64,000 nt of DNA from a virus (lineage: Duplodnaviria > Heunggongvirae > Uroviricota > Caudoviricetes): the IMG/VR virus record IMGVR_UViG_3300025782_000009. One strand, given 5' to 3'. A program made the translations under genes and the position numbers. Positions 14,546 through 22,712 of this stretch are shown in pieces (the stretch's first letter is position 1; the number at the start of each line of letters is the position of its first letter). The notes under the pieces were generated by a model, which worked only from the letters and a program-made list of their open reading frames with translations, did no database searches and was not told the origin of the DNA.

Positions 14546-14768
14546 ACCATTCCCTTGAAAGCAATCCTAGAACCGCATAGACCACAATAAAGATACAAAC
14601 ATATTCAATGAAGTTATCAATGTGGTACGTCCAGTCTGGCTTAACGTTCAGCATTCGCGCTTGTATCCAGTCCTGGTCTTCGTTGTGGTAGTTGATCTTG
14701 GGTTCGTAGTAGATCCCAATTTGTATTCCCTTTTTCGTTGTGTACGGTGTTATTTTTGCCATTGCCAT
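14538..14768 (-). CDS. Hypothetical small protein (76 aa) with a C-terminal hydrophobic segment
   Basis: ORF. Overlaps the 14641..14904 ORF in another frame, so one of the two is shorter than drawn. Confidence 0.4.
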   Translation of the reverse strand: MAMAKITPYTTKKGIQIGIYYEPKINYHNEDQDWIQARMLNVKPDWTYHIDNFIEYVCIFIVVYAVLGLLSREWYE

Positions 14769-14904
14769 TCCTTAAGTGGTGAAGTATGTCATCTACAAAG
14801 CAGTGATGTTGCTTGCCCCAACGCTCTATCTCTGTCACGATAAAGTCGCAGCCGGCTTCAAATCCGGCTATGTAGTGCTTATCCTCCTTGCTGTACGTTT
14901 CCAT
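14641..14904 (-). CDS. Hypothetical small protein (87 aa, possibly shorter)
   Basis: ORF METYSKEDKHYIAGFEAGCDFIVTEIERWGKQHHCF... Confidence 0.4.
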   Translation of the reverse strand: METYSKEDKHYIAGFEAGCDFIVTEIERWGKQHHCFVDDILHHLRNGNGKNNTVHNEKGNTNWDLLRTQDQLPQRRPGLDTSANAER

Positions 14905-15033
14905 AGTTTTTCCTTAAATATTGAAGTAGTGATCTGTCTTCTTTAATCCGAATCAATAACTCAAACTTTCCTTTCTTTTCGTAGTCGCGCTTAAGCTTCT
15001 GTATCCGAGCCTTTAGTAATTCCTGCATCTCTA

Positions 15034-15216
15034 TCATTTGCTTTCCTTTTTAAACTTATCCTGATCTCTAGCCATCTTCATTACTTCCTCATCAACTAAC
15101 TCATTGATCTTCTTACCTACATATTCTGTTTTCTTTCCAAATATCTTTTCAAAGTTTTCACTAAACTTTTGATGGTCGAATGGTCTTTGTGCTGATCCTT
15201 TTCCGCCGTCACCCAT
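15034..15216 (-). CDS. Hypothetical small charged protein (60 aa)
   Basis: ORF. A downstream 52-aa ORF (14879..15037) is coupled by ATGA. Confidence 0.4.
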   Translation of the reverse strand: MGDGGKGSAQRPFDHQKFSENFEKIFGKKTEYVGKKINELVDEEVMKMARDQDKFKKESK

Positions 15217-15359
15217 TTTGTTTCTCCTTTAATGATTTCTGATAAATGTCTTGTAACGCCTTTGAAAGATTGTTGGAATGGTATGCAATTAAATCCATCA
15301 GCCTATCCACTGACTTTACAAAACCCGTGTCTCGCCTGGTCATGCGTCTGCGCCATACT

Positions 15360-15596
15360 TTAATCTTCATTCTCTTTCCTATTGGCAATAATTATTTCCA
15401 TAGTTTGTCTTTGCGCTTCATACAAAGGCTTTGCACATTCTTTGCAGAGCTGGGCATTTAATCCTTGCCAATGAAATGAAAACATTCTGTGTGTTTTTGG
15501 AAATTCCATTCCCGGATAATCACTGCACTCATAAACTTCTGTATCAAGCGTCTTCTTGCAACCATCACAAATGTGTTCGTAGGTTAACTTAATCAT
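15360..15596 (-). CDS. Small zinc-ribbon protein (78 aa)
   Basis: CDGCKK ... CKECAK gives two CxxC pairs. Confidence 0.5.
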   Translation of the reverse strand: MIKLTYEHICDGCKKTLDTEVYECSDYPGMEFPKTHRMFSFHWQGLNAQLCKECAKPLYEAQRQTMEIIIANRKENED

Positions 15597-15747
15597 TCTT
15601 TATCTCCTAAATGTTTTTCTATGTACTCCCGCAACTCATCAATCTCTTCGCACAATCTATCAACAATCATTTGGTTTGTAATCATGCCTGACTGATGGTC
15701 TGGGTGCTCTTCACACCTTTGACCAAAATCTTTAATGTCTTTGTACT

Positions 15748-15957
15748 TCATTCTTGTCCCCTTGCACGAATAGCATCAGCACTAGACTTGCAACCATTCC
15801 TCCATGTTTTATTCATGTTGGCTTCAGTATTGCTCATGTCTTCACAAATCCTTGCACACGCTTCACGCTCATCTTCAGCAATAGCATCAACTATTGTGCG
15901 TACCATACCCTCACTAAAGTGTTCCAAAAGTATTTGAACCGCTGTATCTTTAATCAT
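15748..15957 (-). CDS. Small protein (69 aa), tandem paralogue of the 15954..16166 product
   Basis: Shared EREACARICEDMS / EREECAKMCDESE and a C-terminal IRARGQE / IRARGQQ. Confidence 0.5.
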   Translation of the reverse strand: MIKDTAVQILLEHFSEGMVRTIVDAIAEDEREACARICEDMSNTEANMNKTWRNGCKSSADAIRARGQE

Positions 15958-16166
15958 TGTTGTCCCCTTGCACGAATTAAATAAGCCAAATCAATTCCAT
16001 CAGGATACTCAGATTCATCACACATCTTTGCACATTCCTCACGTTCTTTTTCTATTGCCATCTCCACCATCTTGCGTAACTCATCATCACAATGAAATAC
16101 GGGTTTGAATGCGACAAGATTAACTTCTGCTTCATGGAACAACTTAATGTATTCTTCTTTAGTCAT
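15954..16166 (-). CDS. Small protein (70 aa), tandem paralogue of the 15748..15957 product
   Basis: See the paralogue. ATGA coupling. Confidence 0.5.
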   Translation of the reverse strand: MTKEEYIKLFHEAEVNLVAFKPVFHCDDELRKMVEMAIEKEREECAKMCDESEYPDGIDLAYLIRARGQQ

Positions 16167-16329
16167 TTATTAACTCCATATAAATTCCTAGAAATGTTTT
16201 TAACATCCATCGTTGAAAAGCATTAGGCGGCTTTGGTACATGGCAGTGAAAAATTATGTTGCTATCTTTACCAAGTCTAAACTTAACATTTGGCTCGGGC
16301 GGTGAATGAAAAGCATATTCTTCGTTCAT
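16159..16329 (-). CDS. Hypothetical small protein (56 aa), first gene of the leftward operon, below the track cutoff
   Basis: Hand-translated as MNEEYAFHSPPEPNVKFRLGKDSNIIFHCHVPKPPNAFQRWMLKTFLGIYMELIND. A strong aaaaaggagaacaaATG Shine-Dalgarno precedes it. Confidence 0.4.
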   Translation of the reverse strand: MNEEYAFHSPPEPNVKFRLGKDSNIIFHCHVPKPPNAFQRWMLKTFLGIYMELIND

Positions 16330-16348
16330 TTGTTCTCCTTTTTCGTGA

Positions 16349-16376
16349 AGTATACAATAGATTGTTCTGTAGTCAA
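16349..16376 (-). promoter_or_regulatory. Sigma70-like promoter of the leftward operon (TTGACT-N16-TATACT on the minus strand)
   Basis: The -35 element is the reverse complement of 16371-16376 and the -10 element the reverse complement of 16349-16354. Followed by a Shine-Dalgarno and the ATG at 16329. Confidence 0.45.
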
Positions 16377-17249
16377 CTCATGTGTTGCATGATACATTAA
16401 AAAAGATTCTTACCCTTGAACCTTCCTTCCCCGGTATTAGGGGCGAGGGGCAGATTCAAGGAACCTTTACGACAAACTCTGATCATCTTCGATCTTTCGG
16501 TAGAGCATACCGCTTCCTCTGAACTTATCGAGATAGCTAGGATGGTTGCCAGCTATTCGGGCATCTATTGCTAGAACTTCAGCGACTCTTGCGAGGTAGG
16601 TGTGTTTCCTTTTTACGGGATTTGTCTATATCCTGTTCGCTTTCGCTACTTAGACCAGCGGGTCACTGGGGCCGTTTTATGTTTTCTTCCGCGCAACCCA
16701 TATAGGTTCTTGCTAACGTGCGGAGTACGGCTGACGTATAAAGGTATAGATAATAAAAAAGCCGCTTAGCCATACATTCTGGTTACGGTCTATATCCTAT
16801 AAATACCACCGACTTATAGGATATAGCAGAATGTATGAGTAAACGGCTTACAACTAACTATTGCCCGTAACGACAACGGTTTTAGTATAGCAAATAACTT
16901 CAGGGCGTGTCAAACTAAGTAAAAATATTTGTAGTCTTGTCAATAAAAATAATGGAGTGCTACTGGCATAACTCCAACAAGAATGAGGACTGCCTTTGCT
17001 ACGGCGGCAGTCTCCAACCACCGCAGAGGTTTCCAGCCCCTGACAATCCTCATACTTGTTGGTGCGGGGTTGTTCACATAAAGCAGTGTTATCACAACTA
17101 AGGAGTACAAATTCACTTATCAACCGAGCCGGCGCTAACCCGACTTCAACCCCGCGCATCTAGTATACAAAAAAAATGGGGATGCCACACGACACCCCCA
17201 AAATCCATTCAACAGAAAGGAACTACAAATGAAAAAAACCAACTGAATT

Positions 17250-17561
17250 TTATTCGCAAGCTTTCAAAATTGCAAGCGCATCTTCAGGGGATTCCACTAT
17301 TGCCAATAATCCACCCGTCCATTCATCAAAAAACTTCTGCTCCGCCTTGGTCAACTTCCTGGCACTTGGTGTTTTGTTGCCGTCCTTTACTTCCAAGAGC
17401 AACGTATATCCTTTATAGCCCACCAAAAGATCCGGCACACCATCTCCCATCGTCACAATACGCACATATGCCCCAGCTTTTCGTAGGGTTTCTACAATAA
17501 TACTTTCGTTGTCATCTCGTCTTGCGGAGTATCTCATATTAAACCTTTCGTGGGGGGTCAT
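17250..17561 (-). CDS. VRR-NUC domain nuclease (PD-(D/E)xK). The probable start is the internal ATG at 17537 (95 aa), which has a gaaaggtttaatATG Shine-Dalgarno
   Basis: GVPDLLVGYKGYTLLLEVKDGNKTPSARKLTKAEQKFFDEW matches the VRR-NUC D...E.K core. Confidence 0.65.
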   Translation of the reverse strand: MTPHERFNMRYSARRDDNESIIVETLRKAGAYVRIVTMGDGVPDLLVGYKGYTLLLEVKDGNKTPSARKLTKAEQKFFDEWTGGLLAIVESPEDALAILKACE

Positions 17562-17575
17562 GCCTAACGTTAGGC
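17562..17575. promoter_or_regulatory. Perfect 14-bp palindrome GCCTAACGTTAGGC, a candidate operator in the divergent control region
   Basis: Read directly. It lies 25 nt upstream of the VRR-NUC start, next to a copy of the leftward-promoter motif ATACAATAGtTaGTTCTG. A related palindrome, GCCTGAGTCAGGC, lies at 5065..5077. Confidence 0.4.
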
Positions 17576-17613
17576 GTGCGATACAATAGTTAGTTCTGGT
17601 GTCATTCTATCTA

Positions 17614-17642
17614 TTGACATTATTCAAAACAAGATATAACAT
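17614..17642 (+). promoter_or_regulatory. Sigma70-like promoter of the plus-strand recombination module (TTGACA-N17-TAACAT)
   Basis: Hexamers read directly. The first gene ATG is at 17675 with an aaaggaaacacaaATG Shine-Dalgarno. Confidence 0.45.
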
Positions 17643-17674
17643 TCAAGCCCCAACAACATATAAAGGAAACACAA

Positions 17675-17935
17675 ATGATTGATTTAAACGTAAGTCTTCG
17701 AGACTATTTCGCGGCTCATTGCCCGGACTCTGAACTCCCACAAAGTGTATCAGAGGGTGACATTATCAAGGCTTTGAATATGACACCGCAGAACGGCGAA
17801 CGGCTTGATCCTGAGTTTAGAAGGGCTGCCACAGTGCAGATCAGATGCTTGGCTAGGTATGCCTATGCCGATGCAATGCTAGCTGCTAGAGAGACAAAGG
17901 AGGATGCAGATGAAAGCATTTCCGAATCCGAATAA
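17675..17935 (+). CDS. Hypothetical protein (86 aa)
   Basis: ORF with a consensus Shine-Dalgarno. Confidence 0.5.
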   Translation: MIDLNVSLRDYFAAHCPDSELPQSVSEGDIIKALNMTPQNGERLDPEFRRAATVQIRCLARYAYADAMLAARETKEDADESISESE

Positions 17936-18095
17936 CACACAACAAGCCGGCATGGATCTGAGAGATTGGTTTGCAGGGCAAGTATTACCTAAGTTGATTG
18001 GTACTGCACCTATAAATTTAGCCGCACAGTCAGCTTATCGTTGGGCAGATGAAATGATGAAAGCGAGATCAAATGAAGATAACAAACAAGTTTAA
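17904..18095 (+). CDS. Hypothetical protein (63 aa)
   Basis: ORF overlapping its neighbours. Confidence 0.4.
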   Translation: MQMKAFPNPNNTQQAGMDLRDWFAGQVLPKLIGTAPINLAAQSAYRWADEMMKARSNEDNKQV

Positions 18096-18969
18096 TCTGC
18101 CAGAGACAATCCTAAACGTACTGGCTCGCCCTACCTATTCCAAAGGCAAGGCTAATATTTCGGCTACTGAATTGATCAATTCACCCCGTATCGTGCAGCT
18201 CAAAAGGAAGCACTGGGACGAGGTGGAGGAGGATGCAAGCTCTATGGTCTGGTCACTGTTTGGCTCTGCCGTTCACAATATCCTGGAGCACGGCAAGCAG
18301 GACAATCATATCGTTGAGGAACGAGTGCACATTACCCACGAGGGATGGCATATCTCCGGCGCAGTAGATCTTCAAGAGGTCTATGAGGACGGAATTGTTA
18401 TCAATGACTACAAGACCACTACCGCCTGGGCTGTACAAAACGACAAGCCGGAATGGGAAGAGCAGCTCAACATATACGCCTGGCTAATCCAGAAAGCTAA
18501 GAATAAACCCGTCAAGGGCTTGCGTATCGTAGCCATAGTGCGCGATTGGAGTCAAAGAGATGCCGTGAATAGGGAAGGCTATCCGCAAGCGCCTATCGTG
18601 ATCCTAGACCAGCAGCTATGGCCTTTTGAGAAGGCTGAACTGTTCATTGAGGAAAGACTAAAGGCACACGGCGAAGCTTACTTTGAATCCGAGACAGACG
18701 GTCAGCTGCCAGAATGTTCACCAGACGATATGTGGGAGAAGCCAACAACCTATGCCGTGATCAAAGTCGGTGGCAAGAGAGCTAAGTCAGTCCATTCCAC
18801 AAAGAGGGACGCGGAAGCAGACTTGGATACAGCCGGCAAAGGATACGAGATCCAGGTCAGACCAGGAGAACGGACACGGTGCAGCAGCTACTGCCAGGTC
18901 AATCAATGGTGCAGCCAGTACCACAAATATTTACAAGAAAACGCAATCGTTGAAGAGGCAATTGAATGA
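18073..18969 (+). CDS. PD-(D/E)xK exonuclease, Cas4/RecB-like, with a C-terminal Cys cluster
   Basis: AVDLQEVYEDGIVINDYKTT carries the D..E.K catalytic core. The C-terminal cysteines are CSPDD ... CSSYCQVNQWC. It is paired with the downstream ERF annealing protein. Confidence 0.7.
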   Translation: MKITNKFNLPETILNVLARPTYSKGKANISATELINSPRIVQLKRKHWDEVEEDASSMVWSLFGSAVHNILEHGKQDNHIVEERVHITHEGWHISGAVDLQEVYEDGIVINDYKTTTAWAVQNDKPEWEEQLNIYAWLIQKAKNKPVKGLRIVAIVRDWSQRDAVNREGYPQAPIVILDQQLWPFEKAELFIEERLKAHGEAYFESETDGQLPECSPDDMWEKPTTYAVIKVGGKRAKSVHSTKRDAEADLDTAGKGYEIQVRPGERTRCSSYCQVNQWCSQYHKYLQENAIVEEAIE

Positions 18970-20162
18970 AAAAAGTAATTCACGAAGCCGATTCCAGACC
19001 CATAAAGATCTGGACGGATGACGTAGAAGAGGAGGCGCTGACCCAGCTTAAGAACCTGGCAAGGCTGCCCTTTATCAACCATCACGGCGTAGTCTGTATG
19101 CCTGATGTTCATGCGGGCAAAGGATCGACCGTGGGAACGGTTATAGCTACCGAGAAGGCGATTATTCCTGCTGCTGTAGGCGTTGACATTGGTTGCGGCA
19201 TGAACGCTGTTAGAACGTCTTTAAAGGCTTCTGACTTGCCTGAATCTTTAAAGGATGTCCGTACCCAGATTGAGCGTGATGTTCCGCTGGGCGCAGGTGG
19301 TCGGGTTCAAGCAGCAATTGATATTGATGATCGCATGAAGCGCTTGCCAAAAACATCATTTGATCTTTGCACAAGGCTAAATGAGATTATCGGTGACTAC
19401 TGGAAAAAGGCTGCCCCACAACTTGGGACGCTTGGATCAGGTAACCACTTCATTGAGCTTTGTATTGATGAGAACCAGGATGTATGGGTAATGCTTCATT
19501 CTGGATCTCGCGGAATAGGAAACATGATTGGCTCTTACTACATTGAAAAAGCCAAGAAAACAATGGAGAAGTTCTTTATCCATCTGCCTGATTCTGACCT
19601 AGCCTATTTGCCAGAGGATACCGATGACTTTAATGAATACATGGATGCCGTGAGTTGGGCGCAGAGCTATGCATTGGAGAACCGCAAGCTAATGATGGAG
19701 ATTGTTTTGGATGCGCTCAGAAGGCATATTTCAAAAGAATTCACGATTACCCAAGAGGCGATCAATTGCCACCATAACTATGTAGAGAAGGAGAATCACT
19801 TTGGAAGAAACCTCTGGGTTACTCGTAAAGGAGCTATTCGTGCGAGATCCGGAGACCTTGGAATTATTCCAGGTTCGATGGGTCAAAAATCATATATTGT
19901 CCGTGGCAAGGGTGAGTTGCAATCCTATTGTTCTTGTTCGCACGGGGCAGGACGCAGTATGTCCAGAGCTGAAGCTAAAAGGCGCTTCAGTATTGATGAC
20001 CTCATTAAACAAACCGAAGGAGTAGAGTGCCGTAAGGATGCGGCAGTGATAGATGAAATCCCAGCTAGTTATAAAAACATAGATCAGGTAATGGCTAACC
20101 AAACAGATCTAGTCGAAGTAGTTCACACCCTAAAACAAGTAATGTGCGTCAAAGGCGCTTAA
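18966..20162 (+). CDS. rtcB: RtcB-family RNA 3'-phosphate ligase
   Basis: Conserved metal-site motifs GSGNHF, HSGSRG, NCHHNY and CSHGAGR are present. The length (398 aa) matches bacterial RtcB. Confidence 0.9.
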   Translation: MKKVIHEADSRPIKIWTDDVEEEALTQLKNLARLPFINHHGVVCMPDVHAGKGSTVGTVIATEKAIIPAAVGVDIGCGMNAVRTSLKASDLPESLKDVRTQIERDVPLGAGGRVQAAIDIDDRMKRLPKTSFDLCTRLNEIIGDYWKKAAPQLGTLGSGNHFIELCIDENQDVWVMLHSGSRGIGNMIGSYYIEKAKKTMEKFFIHLPDSDLAYLPEDTDDFNEYMDAVSWAQSYALENRKLMMEIVLDALRRHISKEFTITQEAINCHHNYVEKENHFGRNLWVTRKGAIRARSGDLGIIPGSMGQKSYIVRGKGELQSYCSCSHGAGRSMSRAEAKRRFSIDDLIKQTEGVECRKDAAVIDEIPASYKNIDQVMANQTDLVEVVHTLKQVMCVKGA

Positions 20163-21085
20163 AGGAAACACAAATGAGTTTATTTTTTATTGCAATTTTT
20201 TTATTAGCCGCCCCAATTGGCATTGGCTATGGTTTGTATATTTTTTCTTTGGCAGACGTAAGGGCTAGGAACTCAATGAGAGACAAACAAGTTCCTGAAC
20301 CAACGTTTAAGCCAACACTGCCAGCCGTTACAGGATTAGTCCTAATGCTTCTGTACATTAGTCTTGAATCCTACGTTATTGTTCCTGCCGGTCATATCGG
20401 CATTCAGGTGACGTTTGGCACGGTCAACCAGGAAACACTGGGCGAAGGCTTGCACCTGGTCAATCCATTGTCTAGCGTACAGAACCTGGACGTTCGTTTG
20501 GTATCTGCCAAGCTTGCGGGATCGGCCGCTGGGACTAAAGATCTACAGCAAGTACACACCGATATCGTTGTGAACTACCGTATCTCTGGCGACCGAGCAG
20601 CCCATATCTACAAGGAGTTTGGTTTAGATCTTCAGGATAAAGTGGTCATGCCTTTTGTCAACGAATCGTTCAAAGCCATTACCGCGCACTACACCAGCGA
20701 GGAGTTGATTACTAAGCGGGACGAGGTATCCGCAGGAATTAAGCAGGAGCTGTCAGACAAGCTGGGAAAGTACAACATTATTGTGAGCGATATCTCTTTG
20801 GTGAATTTCGGTTTCTCTGCCGAATACCAAAAGGCTATCGAGGCAAAGGTAATAGCAACGCAAAGCAAACTCCAGGCGGAGCAAGACCTAGCCAGGATTG
20901 AGGTAGAGGCTAAGCAGACTATTGCCAAGGCAGAGGGTCATGCAAAGGCTATCCAGATTGAGACGGCTGCAATCAACTCACAGGGAGGACAGTCATACGT
21001 TCAACTCAAAGCCATTGAGAAATGGAACGGTACTTTGCCTAGCACCATTGCCGGGGGCGCGACACCGTTCGTGAATCTGAAATGA
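20144..21085 (+). CDS. SPFH/Band-7 (prohibitin, HflK/C-like) membrane protein. The likely start is the MSLFF... ATG at 20174
   Basis: N-terminal transmembrane segment FFIAIFLLAAPIGIGYGLYIF, then an SPFH domain (NYRISGDRAAHIYKEFG ... FGFSAEYQKAIEAKVIATQ ... coiled coil). Confidence 0.8.
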   Translation: MRQRRLKETQMSLFFIAIFLLAAPIGIGYGLYIFSLADVRARNSMRDKQVPEPTFKPTLPAVTGLVLMLLYISLESYVIVPAGHIGIQVTFGTVNQETLGEGLHLVNPLSSVQNLDVRLVSAKLAGSAAGTKDLQQVHTDIVVNYRISGDRAAHIYKEFGLDLQDKVVMPFVNESFKAITAHYTSEELITKRDEVSAGIKQELSDKLGKYNIIVSDISLVNFGFSAEYQKAIEAKVIATQSKLQAEQDLARIEVEAKQTIAKAEGHAKAIQIETAAINSQGGQSYVQLKAIEKWNGTLPSTIAGGATPFVNLK

Positions 21086-21174
21086 CAGCATTCTGGTGGG
21101 ATTTAGCACAAACAGTCATTCCAATAGTCGCATTGATATTGGCAATATACATTTTTTTAAGGAGCATAACGTGA
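21082..21174 (+). CDS. Tiny single-pass membrane peptide (30 aa), coupled to the SPFH gene
   Basis: Hand-translated as MTAFWWDLAQTVIPIVALILAIYIFLRSIT. Its ATG overlaps the SPFH stop (ATGA) and its stop overlaps the next GTG start (GTGA). Confidence 0.3.
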   Translation: MTAFWWDLAQTVIPIVALILAIYIFLRSIT

Positions 21175-21362
21175 ACGAAAAGAAAGCAAAAGCCATTCGC
21201 AAGCAGGTTGGTTTTCATCCCGCAGACCCAAGAGGATATAAGGGAGGTAACAATTCCAAAAAAGCAGAATCTACTGGAACCGTTGCAGCCACAGGATCGA
21301 GAGCAGTCTATAACCAGGCAAAGAAACTAGCGGAGCAAATCAATGAACGATACACAGCTTAG
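21171..21362 (+). CDS. Small basic protein (63 aa) with a KGG motif, GTG start. The track ORF 21096..21362 is probably over-extended
   Basis: AAGGAG lies 6 nt before the GTG at 21171. The product VNEKKAKAIRKQVGFHPADPRGYKGGNNSKK... carries a KGG motif. Confidence 0.4.
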   Translation: MNEKKAKAIRKQVGFHPADPRGYKGGNNSKKAESTGTVAATGSRAVYNQAKKLAEQINERYTA

Positions 21363-21499
21363 ATGCACCGCCATGCAGTTCACACTTGATATTGTCAAGA
21401 TGATGGACGAGGCAGAAGTAATTAACGTTAGCCCACACGACTTTGGGGTAATCGTTAAAGGAGCAGAGAAGATTTATAACTTTTTAAAGGGAGATACAA

Positions 21500-21802
21500 A
21501 TGAAAATTGATTGGAACGATATAGACAAAAACAGAATCTTAATAGATATGGATTTAAATGAATGGGATTTTGTTAAGGCAGGAATCAAAGAAAAAGCAAA
21601 TAGGTTGCTTAGTAATTTTGATACTTGCTTAGATTACAGGCTTGAACAATTAAAAGAAAAACCAACACTAAAAGATGTTGATCCTGAGATCGTTGAAATA
21701 TTTAATAAAGAATATGCTGAGTTTAAAAACAAATCAAAAAAAGCACCATACGGTTATAAATTAGATGGCACGCCTAAGAAAAGACCAGGAAGAAAAGCAT
21801 GA
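21500..21802 (+). CDS. Hypothetical protein (100 aa)
   Basis: ORF with an aaagggagatacaaATG Shine-Dalgarno. Confidence 0.5.
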   Translation: MKIDWNDIDKNRILIDMDLNEWDFVKAGIKEKANRLLSNFDTCLDYRLEQLKEKPTLKDVDPEIVEIFNKEYAEFKNKSKKAPYGYKLDGTPKKRPGRKA

Positions 21803-21993
21803 AGCTTGCGGTAGGTGAGGACGAGTGGTATCCAGTATTTACTTTATGCGAAGCAGATTCTTTTGTATGGAAATATCACTTGTCTGAGTTTGTCGAAATT
21901 ACAGAGGAAGAATATAAGGATTACAAAGAAACTATGAACAAATTTGAAGAATGGCAATCAAAAATTAATAACCTAGAAAGGGTTAACAAATGA
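21799..21993 (+). CDS. Hypothetical protein (64 aa)
   Basis: ORF with ATGA coupling. Confidence 0.45.
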   Translation: MKLAVGEDEWYPVFTLCEADSFVWKYHLSEFVEITEEEYKDYKETMNKFEEWQSKINNLERVNK

Positions 21994-22712
21994 CAGTATT
22001 TAAAAAACTACAGAAGGCGCGGTCAGAAATAGCCCATAAGCCTCTCAAGAAATCCGGCAAGAACAAGTTTGCAGGATACGAGTATTTTGAGCTGGGAGAC
22101 TTCATCCCTACTGCTCACGATATATTTGACCAACTCGGATTGTGCGGAGTATTCAATATCAGCCTTGAGACTGCTACGCTTTGCATTCACGACACCGAGA
22201 CGGGCGAAGTGGTTCAATTCTCCTCGCCGACCGTTCTAGCAGAGAATGCCAAGGGACAGGCCATCCAGTCTATGGGTAGTACTCACACCTATTTCCGCCG
22301 TTACCTTTGGTTGATGGCGCTGGAGCTAACTGAGCACGATACAGTCGATGCAGCAGAGCCAACAGAAAAGAAACCAGAACCTAAGCCAAAAGTTGACGAG
22401 CAAATTGTTAAGTCATCTGTAGATCCGAAAACTGGCGAGATCAAACCACCCGCCAATATCGAGGGCAAAGGCGGGGAGTGGAACATCAAGATCAATGCTA
22501 AATCTACTGCAACAGCAGAAGACTGGGCAAATATTGTCTATGACGCAGCCATAATCTGCCTAGATACGGCTAAGAGCTTAGATGATGTGATGACCATATT
22601 CAGGGTCAACCGTCCTATCTTTGATCGTCTACGCGCCGATTCTGAGCCAGCCTACTCTAAATTAATGAACGAGTTTAAAAAGTACAAGGAGTCTTTCAAT
22701 GCCATCCCCTAA
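21990..22712 (+). CDS. ERF-family single-strand annealing protein (recombinase)
   Basis: KNKFAGYEYFELGDFIPTAHDIF and GSTHTYFRRYLWLMALEL match the P22 Erf blocks (NSFGKYKYRSCEDIL / TSSYARKYCLNGLFGI). Confidence 0.75.
   Translation: MTVFKKLQKARSEIAHKPLKKSGKNKFAGYEYFELGDFIPTAHDIFDQLGLCGVFNISLETATLCIHDTETGEVVQFSSPTVLAENAKGQAIQSMGSTHTYFRRYLWLMALELTEHDTVDAAEPTEKKPEPKPKVDEQIVKSSVDPKTGEIKPPANIEGKGGEWNIKINAKSTATAEDWANIVYDAAIICLDTAKSLDDVMTIFRVNRPIFDRLRADSEPAYSKLMNEFKKYKESFNAIP

Noticed and set aside
16470-16560. Possible tRNA (GGTAGAGCA D-loop-like string at 16499)
   Set aside because: No matching acceptor stem, anticodon arm or T-loop (GTTCGA/GTTCAA) could be folded around it on either strand. No other tRNA-like T-loops were seen in the window.
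16854-17159. Minus-strand ORF of 101 aa in the non-coding island
   Set aside because: No Shine-Dalgarno, an odd Cys/Ser-rich translation, and it overlaps the inverted-repeat structure. Judged non-coding.
17210-17246. Consensus Shine-Dalgarno aaaggaactacaaATG followed by only five codons (MKKTN)
   Set aside because: Too short to be a gene. It is probably a remnant or a decoy ribosome-binding site.
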